Below, piece after piece: positions 8,992 to 17,958 of a stretch of DNA of 64,000 bases. The translations under genes and the position numbers were made by a program. Within the stretch, counting starts at the first letter, position 1; every line of letters starts with the position of its first letter. This DNA is from an uncultured Gammaproteobacteria bacterium. Lineage in GTDB: Bacteria > Patescibacteriota > Patescibacteriia > CAIXNZ01. The DNA lies in assembly GCA_964590345.1 (NCBI GenBank), contig CAZPVP010000003.1, positions 3,634 through 67,633 on the forward strand, given 5' to 3'. The notes under the pieces are model-generated. The model was not told the DNA's origin, searched no databases, and was given only the letters and a program-made list of their open reading frames with translations.

Positions 8992-9018
8992 CCTAAATTT
9001 TGGGCGCTTTTTTATTCG
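8992..9018 (+). terminator. intrinsic terminator GCGCCCtaaattttGGGCGC followed by a T-run
   Basis: GC stem with a T tract immediately after the stop codon. Confidence 0.6.
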
Positions 9019-9070
9019 ACAAAATGAAATTATTTTGCTAAAATTATTGCATAAAAAATATTTTCTTATT

Positions 9071-9655
9071 ATGGATTTAAAACCCGAAATTTTTTATGAA
9101 ATTGAACTTAAATCCGTACTTGATAAAAGCAAATACGAAGAAATTAATAATTTGCTTAATACCGATTCTATATTCAAGCTTTTAAATAAAGAGTCGATTA
9201 CGACCGAATTTTATAAGGCTGATCAGGACAAGACCGATGTCCGATTGCGCTATTCTGATAAAACCATTGAGATTGTTTGCAAAAAGGGACTGGTAACAAA
9301 ATGCTGCCGTAAAGAAATTCGGATACCCTTGAATTCTTTAGAAAAACTCGATCATTTTAGGGAAGTTTTTGATTTGCTGCCATTAATTAAAGAGCCCAAA
9401 ATTCTAAAGCACAAGCAGGAATTCAATTATCATTATAAAGGCTATGATTATATTGTTTGTTTGCAATATATTGAAAATTTTGCTTATTTGGTCGAAGTAG
9501 AATATTTGGCCGAACAAGATGATAGTCAGGTTCATGAACCGAATTTAAAAAATATCTTAGAAGAATTAAATTTAAAAATGATTGACAGCGATAAATTTTT
9601 AAAAAGAGTAGCAGATTATAAAGCCGGCAAAGTAACTATTAATTATCCAATATGA
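9071..9655 (+). CDS. CYTH-domain protein (CyaB/thiamine-triphosphatase-like)
   Basis: N-terminal EIELK motif (the EXEXK CYTH signature) and overall pattern. Start placed at MDLKPEIFYEIELKS. Confidence 0.45.
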   Translation: MDLKPEIFYEIELKSVLDKSKYEEINNLLNTDSIFKLLNKESITTEFYKADQDKTDVRLRYSDKTIEIVCKKGLVTKCCRKEIRIPLNSLEKLDHFREVFDLLPLIKEPKILKHKQEFNYHYKGYDYIVCLQYIENFAYLVEVEYLAEQDDSQVHEPNLKNILEELNLKMIDSDKFLKRVADYKAGKVTINYPI

Positions 9656-10317
9656 AGTTATATATAGTGGCTACGCCAATAGGTAATTTAGAAGATATTA
9701 GTTTGCGGGCCTTGCGGATTTTAAAAGAGGCGGATTTTGTCTTATGTGAGGACACTAGGGTAACAAAAATTTTTTTGGATAAATATGAAATCAAAACTCC
9801 GACTATTTCATATTTTCAGCATTCTAAAATTTCCAAAGTCAATAAAATAATTGATTTATTAAAATCCGGCAAGAATTTAGCTTTGGTTTCTGACGCTGGT
9901 ACGCCAGGTATTTCAGATCCTGGGAATAAACTTATTGAGCAAGTGGTTGGAGTTTTGAAAAATAGGGTAGAGATAATTCCGATTCCCGGAGCTTCAGCTG
10001 TTATTTCTGCTTTATCAATTTCTGGTTTGCCGACTGATAAATTTGTTTTTTACGGTTTTTTGCCTTATAAAAAAGGCAAGGAAAAAATTTTAAAAGAAAT
10101 AATTGGCAATAAATACACTTCGGTTTTTTATGAATCAACCCATCGGATTTTAAAGACATTAAGTAAATTACAGGATTTAGGTTTAAATAAACAAGTGGTT
10201 ATTTGTCGGGAATTAACTAAAAAATTTGAAACAGTTTATCGGGGGAATATTGAGAAAGTGTTGGAGGAACTGGAAAAGGGGATTAAAAAAGGGGAGTTTG
10301 TGGTGGTGGTAGGTTGA
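9652..10317 (+). CDS. rsmI: 16S rRNA (cytidine1402-2'-O)-methyltransferase RsmI
   Basis: LYIVATPIGNLEDISLRALRIL..FVLCEDTRVT, the canonical RsmI N-terminus. Confidence 0.9.
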   Translation: MKLYIVATPIGNLEDISLRALRILKEADFVLCEDTRVTKIFLDKYEIKTPTISYFQHSKISKVNKIIDLLKSGKNLALVSDAGTPGISDPGNKLIEQVVGVLKNRVEIIPIPGASAVISALSISGLPTDKFVFYGFLPYKKGKEKILKEIIGNKYTSVFYESTHRILKTLSKLQDLGLNKQVVICRELTKKFETVYRGNIEKVLEELEKGIKKGEFVVVVG

Positions 10318-10355
10318 ATTCTGAAATCTGAGATCTGAAATATAATATTTATATT

Positions 10356-10397
10356 ATCGACGGCTTTAGCCGTCGTACGGCCGCTAAAGCGGCCGAT
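10356..10397. repeat. two tandem GC-rich hairpins (CGACGGC-TTTA-GCCGTCG and CGGCCGC-TAAA-GCGGCCG) forming a 42-nt near-palindrome
   Basis: Read directly. Strongly GC-rich in an AT-rich spacer between rsmI and the GDSL hydrolase gene. Confidence 0.5.
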
Positions 10398-10423
10398 AAT
10401 GTAATGGGAATAAAATAAATTTT

Positions 10424-11041
10424 ATGGCAAATATATTAATTTTTGGCGGTAGTATAACTTATGGCGCCTGGGATATAGAAAAAGGTGGCTGGGTTCAAAG
10501 ATTACGCAGTTATTTGGAACAAAATTATGAACTACAGCGATATTTTGTTTATAATTTTGGCATATCAGGCGATACTAGTTCTATGATTTTAGATCGTTTT
10601 GAGACCGATATTAAGTATAGAGTTGATGAAGATGAGAGAAATATTATTATTTTTGCGACTGGCACTAATGATTCGGCTTTTTTAGAAAAAGAAAATAAAC
10701 AAAGAACAGAAATTAAAGTATTTAAAAAGAAGTTAGGAAAATTAGTTAAATTGGCTACTAAATATTCAAATAAAGTAATATTTATTGGTTTAACAACAGT
10801 TAATGAGCCAATGGTTTCACCAATACCTTGGAAGCCAAATATTCTTTATAATAATCAAAATATATTGCAGTATAATAATATAATTAAAGATTTTTGTCAG
10901 AAAAAGAATATTTTATTCATTGATCTATATGATGAAATCAGCTGGGATAATTTAGTTGATGGTATTCATCCTAATGAAAAAGGTCATGAAATTATGTTTG
11001 AAATTATTAAAGATGAATTAATAAAAAATAAAATTATATAA
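10424..11041 (+). CDS. SGNH/GDSL-family hydrolase
   Basis: N-terminal block ILIFGGSITYG (GDS(L)-like) and C-terminal DGIHPN (catalytic His block). Confidence 0.7.
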   Translation: MANILIFGGSITYGAWDIEKGGWVQRLRSYLEQNYELQRYFVYNFGISGDTSSMILDRFETDIKYRVDEDERNIIIFATGTNDSAFLEKENKQRTEIKVFKKKLGKLVKLATKYSNKVIFIGLTTVNEPMVSPIPWKPNILYNNQNILQYNNIIKDFCQKKNILFIDLYDEISWDNLVDGIHPNEKGHEIMFEIIKDELIKNKII

Positions 11042-11045
11042 TTTT

Positions 11046-12578
11046 ATGCCGAAAAAACAAAAAACTTTTTATATTACAACAACTTTGCCTTATGTAAATG
11101 CTGATCCGCATATTGGTTTTGCAGCAGAAATTATCAGGGCTGATATTTTTGCCCGCCATCAAAGAATGATAGGTAAGGAAGTTTTTTTTAATACTGGGAC
11201 TGATGAACATGGCTTGAAAATTTATCGCCAAGCGCAAGCGGCTGGTAAAGCTCCGCAAAAATACGTAGATGAATATGCAGCTAAGTTCCAATTTTTGGAT
11301 GACACTTTAGATTTAAGTTTTAACAGCTTTATCCGGACAACCGATCCTCATCATATTAAAGCGGCTCAGGAATTTTGGAAATTATGCCAGGAAAAAGGTG
11401 ATATTTACAAAAAAAATTATCAGGTTAAATATTGCGTGGGCTGTGAAATGGAAAAAAGCGATTCCGAGCTGGAAAATGGCCGCTGTCCGATTCATCCCAA
11501 TCAGGAGTTGGAATTGATTGATGAAGAAAATTACTTTTTCGCCTGGTCAAAATATGAAAAAAAACTTTTAAAATTATACAAGGAGAATCCTGACTTTGTA
11601 GTGCCCCAGCACCGTTTGCACGAAATTAAAAACTTTGTTAAATCAGGCTTACAGGATTTTTCAATTTCTCGTTTGAAAAATAAAATGCCATGGGGTGTTC
11701 CTGTCCCGGGAGATGAGAATCATGTCATATATGTCTGGTTTGATGCCCTTGTTAATTATATTTCCTGTTTGGGCTGGCCTAAAAATAAGAAGAAATTTAA
11801 TAAATTTTGGCCGGGGATCCAGGTAGCTGGCAAAGATAATTTGCGGCAGCAATCTGCTATGTGGCAGGCTATGTTAATGTCAGCTGGTTTAGCTAATTCA
11901 AAACAAGTATTAATTTTTGGTTTTATTAATTCAGGCGGTCAGAAAATGAGTAAAAGTTTAGGCAATGTAATTGACCCTTTTGAAGTTGTTCATAAATATG
12001 GGACTGATGCGATTCGCTATTTTATTGCCGCGGGTTTGGCAGCTTTTGAAGACAGTGATTTCACTTATGAAAGGTTTGAAGAAAAATATAATTCAGATTT
12101 AGCCAATGACCTTGGCAACTTGGTTTCTCGCGTCTTATCAATGACCGAGAAATACCATAACGGTATAGTGCCGAAATATCAGATTGAAAAGGACAAGTTA
12201 TTTGCATTTGACTTGAAAACCGATTGGGATCGATACGATTATTTTATGGATTTGTATCAGCTTGATCAAGCATTGGAAGTTGTTTGGGAAAATATTAGAA
12301 AAGCCAATGCTTATATTGATAAAGAAAAGCCTTGGGAATTAGCAAAAATTCAGCCTAAAGTTTTAGCTGATGTTATGTACAATCTTTTGGAGGTTTTGCG
12401 TCAGACAGCTGTCATGATCAGACCTTTTATGCCCCAAACCAGTGAAAAGATTTTAGAGCAATTGGGTTTTAAATCAGCTAAGGAATTTAAAAAGCCGATT
12501 AAAAAATTGAGAACATGGGCTATTTTGCCTCTTGGTCAGAAAATTAAAAAAGGAGATGTTTTGTTCCCGCGTTTATAA
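11046..12578 (+). CDS. metG: methionyl-tRNA synthetase (short form without C-terminal tRNA-binding domain)
   Basis: HIGFAAEII (HIGH-like), CxxC zinc knuckles (CVGCEME..CPIH), KMSKS (QKMSKSLGNVIDP). Confidence 0.95.
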   Translation: MPKKQKTFYITTTLPYVNADPHIGFAAEIIRADIFARHQRMIGKEVFFNTGTDEHGLKIYRQAQAAGKAPQKYVDEYAAKFQFLDDTLDLSFNSFIRTTDPHHIKAAQEFWKLCQEKGDIYKKNYQVKYCVGCEMEKSDSELENGRCPIHPNQELELIDEENYFFAWSKYEKKLLKLYKENPDFVVPQHRLHEIKNFVKSGLQDFSISRLKNKMPWGVPVPGDENHVIYVWFDALVNYISCLGWPKNKKKFNKFWPGIQVAGKDNLRQQSAMWQAMLMSAGLANSKQVLIFGFINSGGQKMSKSLGNVIDPFEVVHKYGTDAIRYFIAAGLAAFEDSDFTYERFEEKYNSDLANDLGNLVSRVLSMTEKYHNGIVPKYQIEKDKLFAFDLKTDWDRYDYFMDLYQLDQALEVVWENIRKANAYIDKEKPWELAKIQPKVLADVMYNLLEVLRQTAVMIRPFMPQTSEKILEQLGFKSAKEFKKPIKKLRTWAILPLGQKIKKGDVLFPRL

Positions 12579-12626
12579 AATAAAATTTCCAATCCCTAAT
12601 TATCTAATATACTAATTACCAAATTT

Positions 12627-13136
12627 ATGACCATTTTTGACGTAATTTTACTTTTAATTTTATTTGGTTTTATAATGTTTGGTTTATGGTTTGGCTTGAT
12701 TCATACTTTAGGTGCAATCGTCGGTACTTTTGCCGGTGCCTTTTTTGCTGGTTTATGGTATGCTAATTTAGCTATTTGGCTGGAACAAATTTTTGGCAAT
12801 CCAAATTTAATGAAAATTTTTGCGTTTATTTTTATTTTTATTATTGTCAATCGCCTGATTGGTTTTGGTTTTTATGTTTTGGAGAGAATTTTCGGTTTTT
12901 TGAAAACCATACCGTTTTTAAGCACTGTCAGCCGTATCATTGGCGGTATTTTAGGTTTTTTTGATGGCATTTTAGTGATTGGTTTGTCTTTGTTTATTGT
13001 GGCTCGTTTCCCGGTTTCTGATTGGTTTACTCAAGTTTTGCAAGCTTCAAAACTATCGCCCTGGTTTATTAAAGTTTCAGGTGTTTTGCAATTAATGTTG
13101 CCAGAATTATTAAAACAAATTGAATCGGTAATATAA
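12627..13136 (+). CDS. CvpA-family membrane protein
   Basis: Four hydrophobic helices. The N-terminus (MTIFDVILLLILFGFIMFG...LGAIVG) resembles CvpA. Confidence 0.55.
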   Translation: MTIFDVILLLILFGFIMFGLWFGLIHTLGAIVGTFAGAFFAGLWYANLAIWLEQIFGNPNLMKIFAFIFIFIIVNRLIGFGFYVLERIFGFLKTIPFLSTVSRIIGGILGFFDGILVIGLSLFIVARFPVSDWFTQVLQASKLSPWFIKVSGVLQLMLPELLKQIESVI

Positions 13137-13193
13137 TAAAATCTGAAAGCCGAATTTTGAAATTTTATAATTCATAATTAGGCATTTAAATTT

Positions 13194-14057
13194 ATGTTTA
13201 TTGATTCTCATGCTCATATGAATTTTAAAGAATACGAGGGGGAGCTGGAGGATGTAATCCAGCGCTCTTTTAATAATGGGACTTGGATTATTAATATCGG
13301 TTCAAATTATGAAACCAGTAAAAAAGCAATTAAAATCGCTGAAAATTTTGATTTAGGCATTTGGGCTGTTATTGGTTGTCATCCGGTTCATTTAGTTAAA
13401 GATATTACTGAAAAAGCTATTTTTGGAGGAGAAGAACATAGTTTTTTTACGCCTAAGGAAAAATTTAATTATCAAAAATATTCAGAGTTAGCTAAATCAA
13501 GCGATAAAGTCGTTGGTATAGGTGAAACTGGTTTTGATTTTTTTCGTATGGCTGATGCTAAGCATTCAATGGAGGAAATTAAAAAAATTCAAACTGATGT
13601 TTTTAAGCAGTTTATTAAAATAGCTAGAGAGCTAAATTTGCCTTTGGTTTTGCATTGTCGAGGCGAAGAAGATAAGCCTTACGAAGTTTACGATTTAATG
13701 CTGGAAGTACTTAGCTCTGAGCTTAGCCCAAAGCCCAATGGTGTTATCCATTGCTTTGGCGGTAATTTAGAACAAGCCAAAAAATTTATTGACCTGGGTT
13801 TTTATATTGGTTTTACTGGTATTGTGACTTTTAAAAATGCTAAAGAATTGCAAGAAATTGCCAAAGAAATTTCTTTGGATAAAATTTTAGTGGAAACAGA
13901 CGCACCCTTTTTAGCGCCTGATCCTTATCGCGGTGTGAAAAATGAACCAACTTTTGTTCGTTATGTGGCTCAAAAAATAGCTGATTTGAAAGAATTAACT
14001 TTTGAAGAAGTTGAAAAACAAACTTTTGCTAATACGAGTAAACTTTTTAATCTTTAA
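13194..14057 (+). CDS. TatD-family metal-dependent hydrolase/DNase
   Basis: N-terminal FIDSHAHMN, internal GEIGLD-like GIGETGFD, HCRG, ETDAPFL. Confidence 0.85.
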   Translation: MFIDSHAHMNFKEYEGELEDVIQRSFNNGTWIINIGSNYETSKKAIKIAENFDLGIWAVIGCHPVHLVKDITEKAIFGGEEHSFFTPKEKFNYQKYSELAKSSDKVVGIGETGFDFFRMADAKHSMEEIKKIQTDVFKQFIKIARELNLPLVLHCRGEEDKPYEVYDLMLEVLSSELSPKPNGVIHCFGGNLEQAKKFIDLGFYIGFTGIVTFKNAKELQEIAKEISLDKILVETDAPFLAPDPYRGVKNEPTFVRYVAQKIADLKELTFEEVEKQTFANTSKLFNL

Positions 14058-14059
14058 AT

Positions 14060-14683
14060 ATGAAAAAACCTGACTGGAAAATGGAACATGGTTTATGGAA
14101 ACGGAGTTATCAGTTTGTTGCTGGCATTGATGAAGTCGGCAGAGGAGCTTGGGCAGGGCCAATTGTGGCAGCTGGGGTGATTTTTGAAAAGAGAATAAGG
14201 ATTAAAGGATTAAATGATTCTAAGAAGATTTCAGTGCCTAAAAGAATTAAATTAGCTGAGATAATTAAAGAAAAATCTTTAGCTTGGACTATTGAAGTTG
14301 TTGAAAATGAAATAATTGATGAGATTGGAGTGGGTAAAGCTAATGCTTTGGTTATTGATCAGGTGATTAATAGTTTAAATCCCAGGCCCCAATATTTACT
14401 GATTGATAAAGCTAGTGTAGCAAAATATAAAATTAGGATTCCTTGGGAGACAATTATAAAAGGGGATAGTAAGGTTTTCTCTATTGCAGCAGCTTCAATT
14501 TTAGCTAAGGTTTATAGAGATAATTTAATGCTAAAATTAGCCCAAAAACACCCTGATTATAAATTTGAAAAGCATAAGGGTTATGGCACTGCCTTGCATC
14601 AAAAAATGCTGAAAAAATACAATATTTGTCCGATTCATCGTAAATCATATAAACCAATCAGCCAGCCAAAATTAATTGGCTGA
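14060..14683 (+). CDS. rnhB: ribonuclease HII
   Basis: AGIDEVGRGAWAGPIVAAGV and DSK motifs. Confidence 0.9.
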   Translation: MKKPDWKMEHGLWKRSYQFVAGIDEVGRGAWAGPIVAAGVIFEKRIRIKGLNDSKKISVPKRIKLAEIIKEKSLAWTIEVVENEIIDEIGVGKANALVIDQVINSLNPRPQYLLIDKASVAKYKIRIPWETIIKGDSKVFSIAAASILAKVYRDNLMLKLAQKHPDYKFEKHKGYGTALHQKMLKKYNICPIHRKSYKPISQPKLIG

Positions 14684-15461
14684 AAATTTTATGAAAAAGG
14701 AAACAATTAAAAATCGTCATGGTTTAAAAATAGTAATTTTATTAGAAAAAGCTGATCAGCCAAAAGGTTTAGCTGTTGTTTTGCATGGCTTGGGCGGGTT
14801 TAAAGAACAAGATCACATTGAAACTTTTGCCCAGGCTTTTAAAGAGGCAGGTTATACTGTTTTGCGTTATGATTCTACTCATGCCTTTGGTGAAAGTGAA
14901 GGTGCTTATGAATATGCTACAACAACAAATTATTACGAGGATTTAGAAGACGTGATTAAATGGGCGAAGAAACAAGATTGGTATATTGAACCCTTTGTTT
15001 TGGCTGGCCATAGTCAGGGTGGCATTTCAATTATTTTATACGCACAAAAATATCCGGAGAAAGTGAAGGCTTTAGCTCCAATTTCCACAATGATTTCTGG
15101 AGAAATGGGTATTAAGGCTTATAATGATCCAGAGTATCAAGCAAAGTGGCAAAAACAAGGTTATATTGAAAATCCTTCTGCAACGAGGCCAGGTGTAATG
15201 AAAAAATTGAATTGGTCTTATATGGAAGATGCTATGAAATATAATATTTTGCCTCAAGCGAATAAATTAATAATGCCAGTTTTGTTAATTGTAGGTGAAA
15301 AAGATAGAGGCACTCCGCCGAAGCATCAAAAGATTTTGTTTGATAAATTGCCGGGGAAAAAGGAATTGCATATTATAAAGCATTCTCCTCATACTTTTAG
15401 AAAAAAAGAACATTTAGACGAAATTAAACAAATATTTAAAAATTGGATCGAGAAGATTTAA
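14676..15461 (+). CDS. alpha/beta-fold hydrolase (dienelactone hydrolase / S9-like)
   Basis: GHSQGG nucleophile elbow, HGLGG and C-terminal His region. Confidence 0.7.
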   Translation: MAENFMKKETIKNRHGLKIVILLEKADQPKGLAVVLHGLGGFKEQDHIETFAQAFKEAGYTVLRYDSTHAFGESEGAYEYATTTNYYEDLEDVIKWAKKQDWYIEPFVLAGHSQGGISIILYAQKYPEKVKALAPISTMISGEMGIKAYNDPEYQAKWQKQGYIENPSATRPGVMKKLNWSYMEDAMKYNILPQANKLIMPVLLIVGEKDRGTPPKHQKILFDKLPGKKELHIIKHSPHTFRKKEHLDEIKQIFKNWIEKI

Positions 15462-15465
15462 TTTT

Positions 15466-16536
15466 ATGTATAAAAATAAAAAAAGTTTCAAAAAAATAAA
15501 ATTTCCGCAAGATGAGCAAAAGCACGATCATGCAATAGAGTGGTGGTATTTTAATGGTAATTTGTGGACAAAAGACGGACGACAATTTTCTTACATGAAT
15601 ACTCTGTTCGCGGCCAAACCCAAGCAAGTTAAAATTCCGTTTTTGAGCAAAGTTCCTTTAAAAATATTATATTTTTCCCATTATTTGTTGACTGACAATA
15701 AGAATCAGAAATTTTACCATAAAATCAATCCGATTTGCTGGGTAAATCCGGATAGCTTTACAAAACCTTTGCTTTGGGTTCAATACGACAATGCCTGTTT
15801 AATTGAAGAACTTAGCCGATTTAATTACCATATTGTAAATGACTTTATTGATTTGGATCTGTGTTCAACAAAAAAGCCATTATTAATTAATAAAAAAGGT
15901 TATTTGGATTTGAAAGTTAAAGCAACTTATTATTATTCGCTAACTAGTTTAGTAACAAAAGGACTGATTAAAGTCAAAGATAAATGGTTGGAAGTTGAAG
16001 GATTATCTTGGATGGATCATCAGTGGGCAAATGGACCAATGATCAGAGGCGATAAATGGACATGGTTTTCAATTCAGCTTAATAATGAAACTGATTTTGT
16101 TTGTTTTGTTTATGGTGATAAAAAAAAGATATTTCACGCTAGTTTAATTGATAAGAAAGAGAACGTTAAATTTACTGACAACGTAATTTTTAAAATAAAT
16201 GATATTAAATATAAAAGTAAAGCAACAGGCTCCCAATATCAGCTGGGTTATCAAATTTCTATCCCGGATTGGAAAATTGATTTAGAGGTTGAGCCATTTA
16301 ATAAAAAGCAAGAAATAATTTTTGGCGCACTTAGTTATTGGGAAGGCGGCATTAAAGTATCGGGCAAATTGAACAATAAGAAAGTAAAAGGAGTCGGTTT
16401 TATGGAAATAGTCGGCACGCCAATGAAAAAGAACACTTTGAAAGTTTATTTAAATAAATTCAAAAAAGAAATAACAAATAATCCTTGGCAAAAAATAAGC
16501 AAGGAATTTTCTAAAAAATTTAAAGCTTATAAATAA
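15466..16536 (+). CDS. AttH/CrtC-like lipocalin-fold protein
   Basis: HAIEWWYFNGNL motif typical of the AttH/CrtC family. Confidence 0.5.
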   Translation: MYKNKKSFKKIKFPQDEQKHDHAIEWWYFNGNLWTKDGRQFSYMNTLFAAKPKQVKIPFLSKVPLKILYFSHYLLTDNKNQKFYHKINPICWVNPDSFTKPLLWVQYDNACLIEELSRFNYHIVNDFIDLDLCSTKKPLLINKKGYLDLKVKATYYYSLTSLVTKGLIKVKDKWLEVEGLSWMDHQWANGPMIRGDKWTWFSIQLNNETDFVCFVYGDKKKIFHASLIDKKENVKFTDNVIFKINDIKYKSKATGSQYQLGYQISIPDWKIDLEVEPFNKKQEIIFGALSYWEGGIKVSGKLNNKKVKGVGFMEIVGTPMKKNTLKVYLNKFKKEITNNPWQKISKEFSKKFKAYK

Positions 16537-16544
16537 AAAAATAT

Positions 16545-17075
16545 ATGAGAAATTTAAAAACAATTTTTATTCTTGTTCTTTTGACCATTTTATTGTCAGG
16601 CTGTTTTAATTTAGCCACCAATACGAATCAGGCCGATAAAAATACTAATCAGCCGGAAACAATCGACCAGGATGGTGATTTAGAACCAAGCAAGGGGGAT
16701 TTGGATCAATTGGACGATGATTTGAATTTTTATACCTTAGAACTCGGTCGCAGCGATTCTGATATTCAAAGTGTCAGAACTTATGATTTTTATTTGCCAA
16801 AAGATGTTGAATTTGAGGTTATGGGAGTTGACGCGCCAAGCACTATAATTGAATTTAAAAAAGATAATCAAGTAATTTTTAGCTGGCATAATCGGGATTA
16901 TGTTATTGATGAGGATAATCTGGATATTATGTATCCGGATTGGGATAATTACAGTTTTGTGGGAGGGCATACCAATGTTTTGTTTTTTGATGAAGAAGAA
17001 AATGCCAAGTATCAAGATGATTTATATGTTTTTGAAGATAGTTTAAAAATTAATGGGCAATTGGTTTTTGAATAA
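16545..17075 (+). CDS. acidic lipoprotein, function unknown
   Basis: Signal peptide with lipobox LLSGC. Confidence 0.55.
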   Translation: MRNLKTIFILVLLTILLSGCFNLATNTNQADKNTNQPETIDQDGDLEPSKGDLDQLDDDLNFYTLELGRSDSDIQSVRTYDFYLPKDVEFEVMGVDAPSTIIEFKKDNQVIFSWHNRDYVIDEDNLDIMYPDWDNYSFVGGHTNVLFFDEEENAKYQDDLYVFEDSLKINGQLVFE

Positions 17076-17091
17076 AAATAATTTATAAAGA

Positions 17092-17125
17092 AAAGTCGCT
17101 TTATTAAAGCGACTTTTCTTTTATT
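17092..17125 (+). terminator. intrinsic terminator AAAGTCGCTTTAttAAAGCGACTTT followed by a T-run
   Basis: Read directly after the lipoprotein stop codon. Confidence 0.6.
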
Positions 17126-17400
17126 TTCCTTACAGAGAATCCCGCAACAGGAGGAGCGAAAAGCGAATGACGACGCATTGCGGGGGGATGAATGGCTTAG
17201 CACACGATAGTATGCTAAGCTGGGAGCGCAAAAAATTATTTTTCAAGTAGCAACAGATTCTTCGACTATGCTCAGGATAACATTTGAGGAGTTCCAAATT
17301 TTGCAAAATAAATTTTTGCGAGTAGCGGAGCAAAGGAAATCCCAGCGAGCGAAGGAAGTTAGGGAGGACGTCATTTATTTAATAAAAATATATTTGACAT
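17121..17400. ncRNA. GC-rich (about 45%) structured intergenic island, candidate unassigned structured RNA
   Basis: Local stems such as ATCCCGCAA..TTGCGGGGGGAT, GCTTAGCA..TGCTAAGC and GCAAAAtaaatTTTTGC. No ORF. I could not find RNase P, tmRNA or SRP hallmark motifs. Confidence 0.2.
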
Positions 17401-17570
17401 TCTTTGCTAAGTTAAAATAACCTTTTGGGCGGATTGATTTGTTATTACAAAAAAAGCATATTTGGATTTGATAATGGTGTTTAAATTTGTCTCAAATTAT
17501 AGTGTAAAGAGGGGAGTGCATGAAGTGATAAATTTAAGAAACAGCTTGCGGGCAACGCTCGCAATAAAAT

Positions 17571-17606
17571 AAAAGCCACCGTTTATTTTGCCGGTGGCTT
17601 TTTGTT
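17571..17606. terminator. bidirectional intrinsic terminator AAAAGCCACCGtttattttgCCGGTGGCTTTTTG
   Basis: Stem flanked by A-run and T-run, lying between convergent units. Confidence 0.6.
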
Positions 17607-17613
17607 TGCTTAT

Positions 17614-17808
17614 CTATTCAATTTTAATTTGGATTTTGCAATGAGGGCATTTGATTGTTTCGCCCTGTTTGGTGGCGATTATGCCATCATTCTTTAATAA
17701 TTTTTTGTCAGTTTTTGATAAATTTTCGTTTTTACCAAAAACTATTATTTGATAGAGTTTCATGCAGTTTCGACATAGATGTTTTTCCACTATTAGTTTA
17801 TCACTCAT
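17614..17808 (-). CDS. small zinc-ribbon protein (64 aa; CRNC...CPHC)
   Basis: In-frame ATG preceded by a strong SD (AAGGAGGGGG). The longer track ORF 17614-17994 has no SD and overlaps the divergent helicase gene start. Confidence 0.55.
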   Translation of the reverse strand: MSDKLIVEKHLCRNCMKLYQIIVFGKNENLSKTDKKLLKNDGIIATKQGETIKCPHCKIQIKIE

Positions 17809-17958
17809 TTCCCCCTCCTTTATTGAAATCTTGATTAAAGTTAAACAAAATAATTTGTTTTTGTCAAGGTTTGTCTTTACGAATGATTGTGCAAGATTTT
17901 TAAAAATTTTAATTTTAGTATAAAATAAGTTATATAAATGACTAATGACAAATAACAA

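Noticed and set aside
17012-17333. Two short minus-strand ORFs (17012-17203, 17130-17333) inside the GC-rich intergenic island
   Set aside because: No SD. Translations are Cys/Ser/Arg-rich nonsense typical of reading across a structured GC-rich RNA region. The region is better explained as non-coding.
17121-17400. Considered RNase P RNA, tmRNA, SRP RNA or a tRNA for the GC-rich island
   Set aside because: I could not find the P4-type GGAAAGUCCGG/ACAGAA motifs, a tmRNA tag-ORF or T-arm (GGUUCGAUUCC), the SRP GGAAGCAGC domain-IV motif, or a cloverleaf. Kept only as an unassigned candidate.
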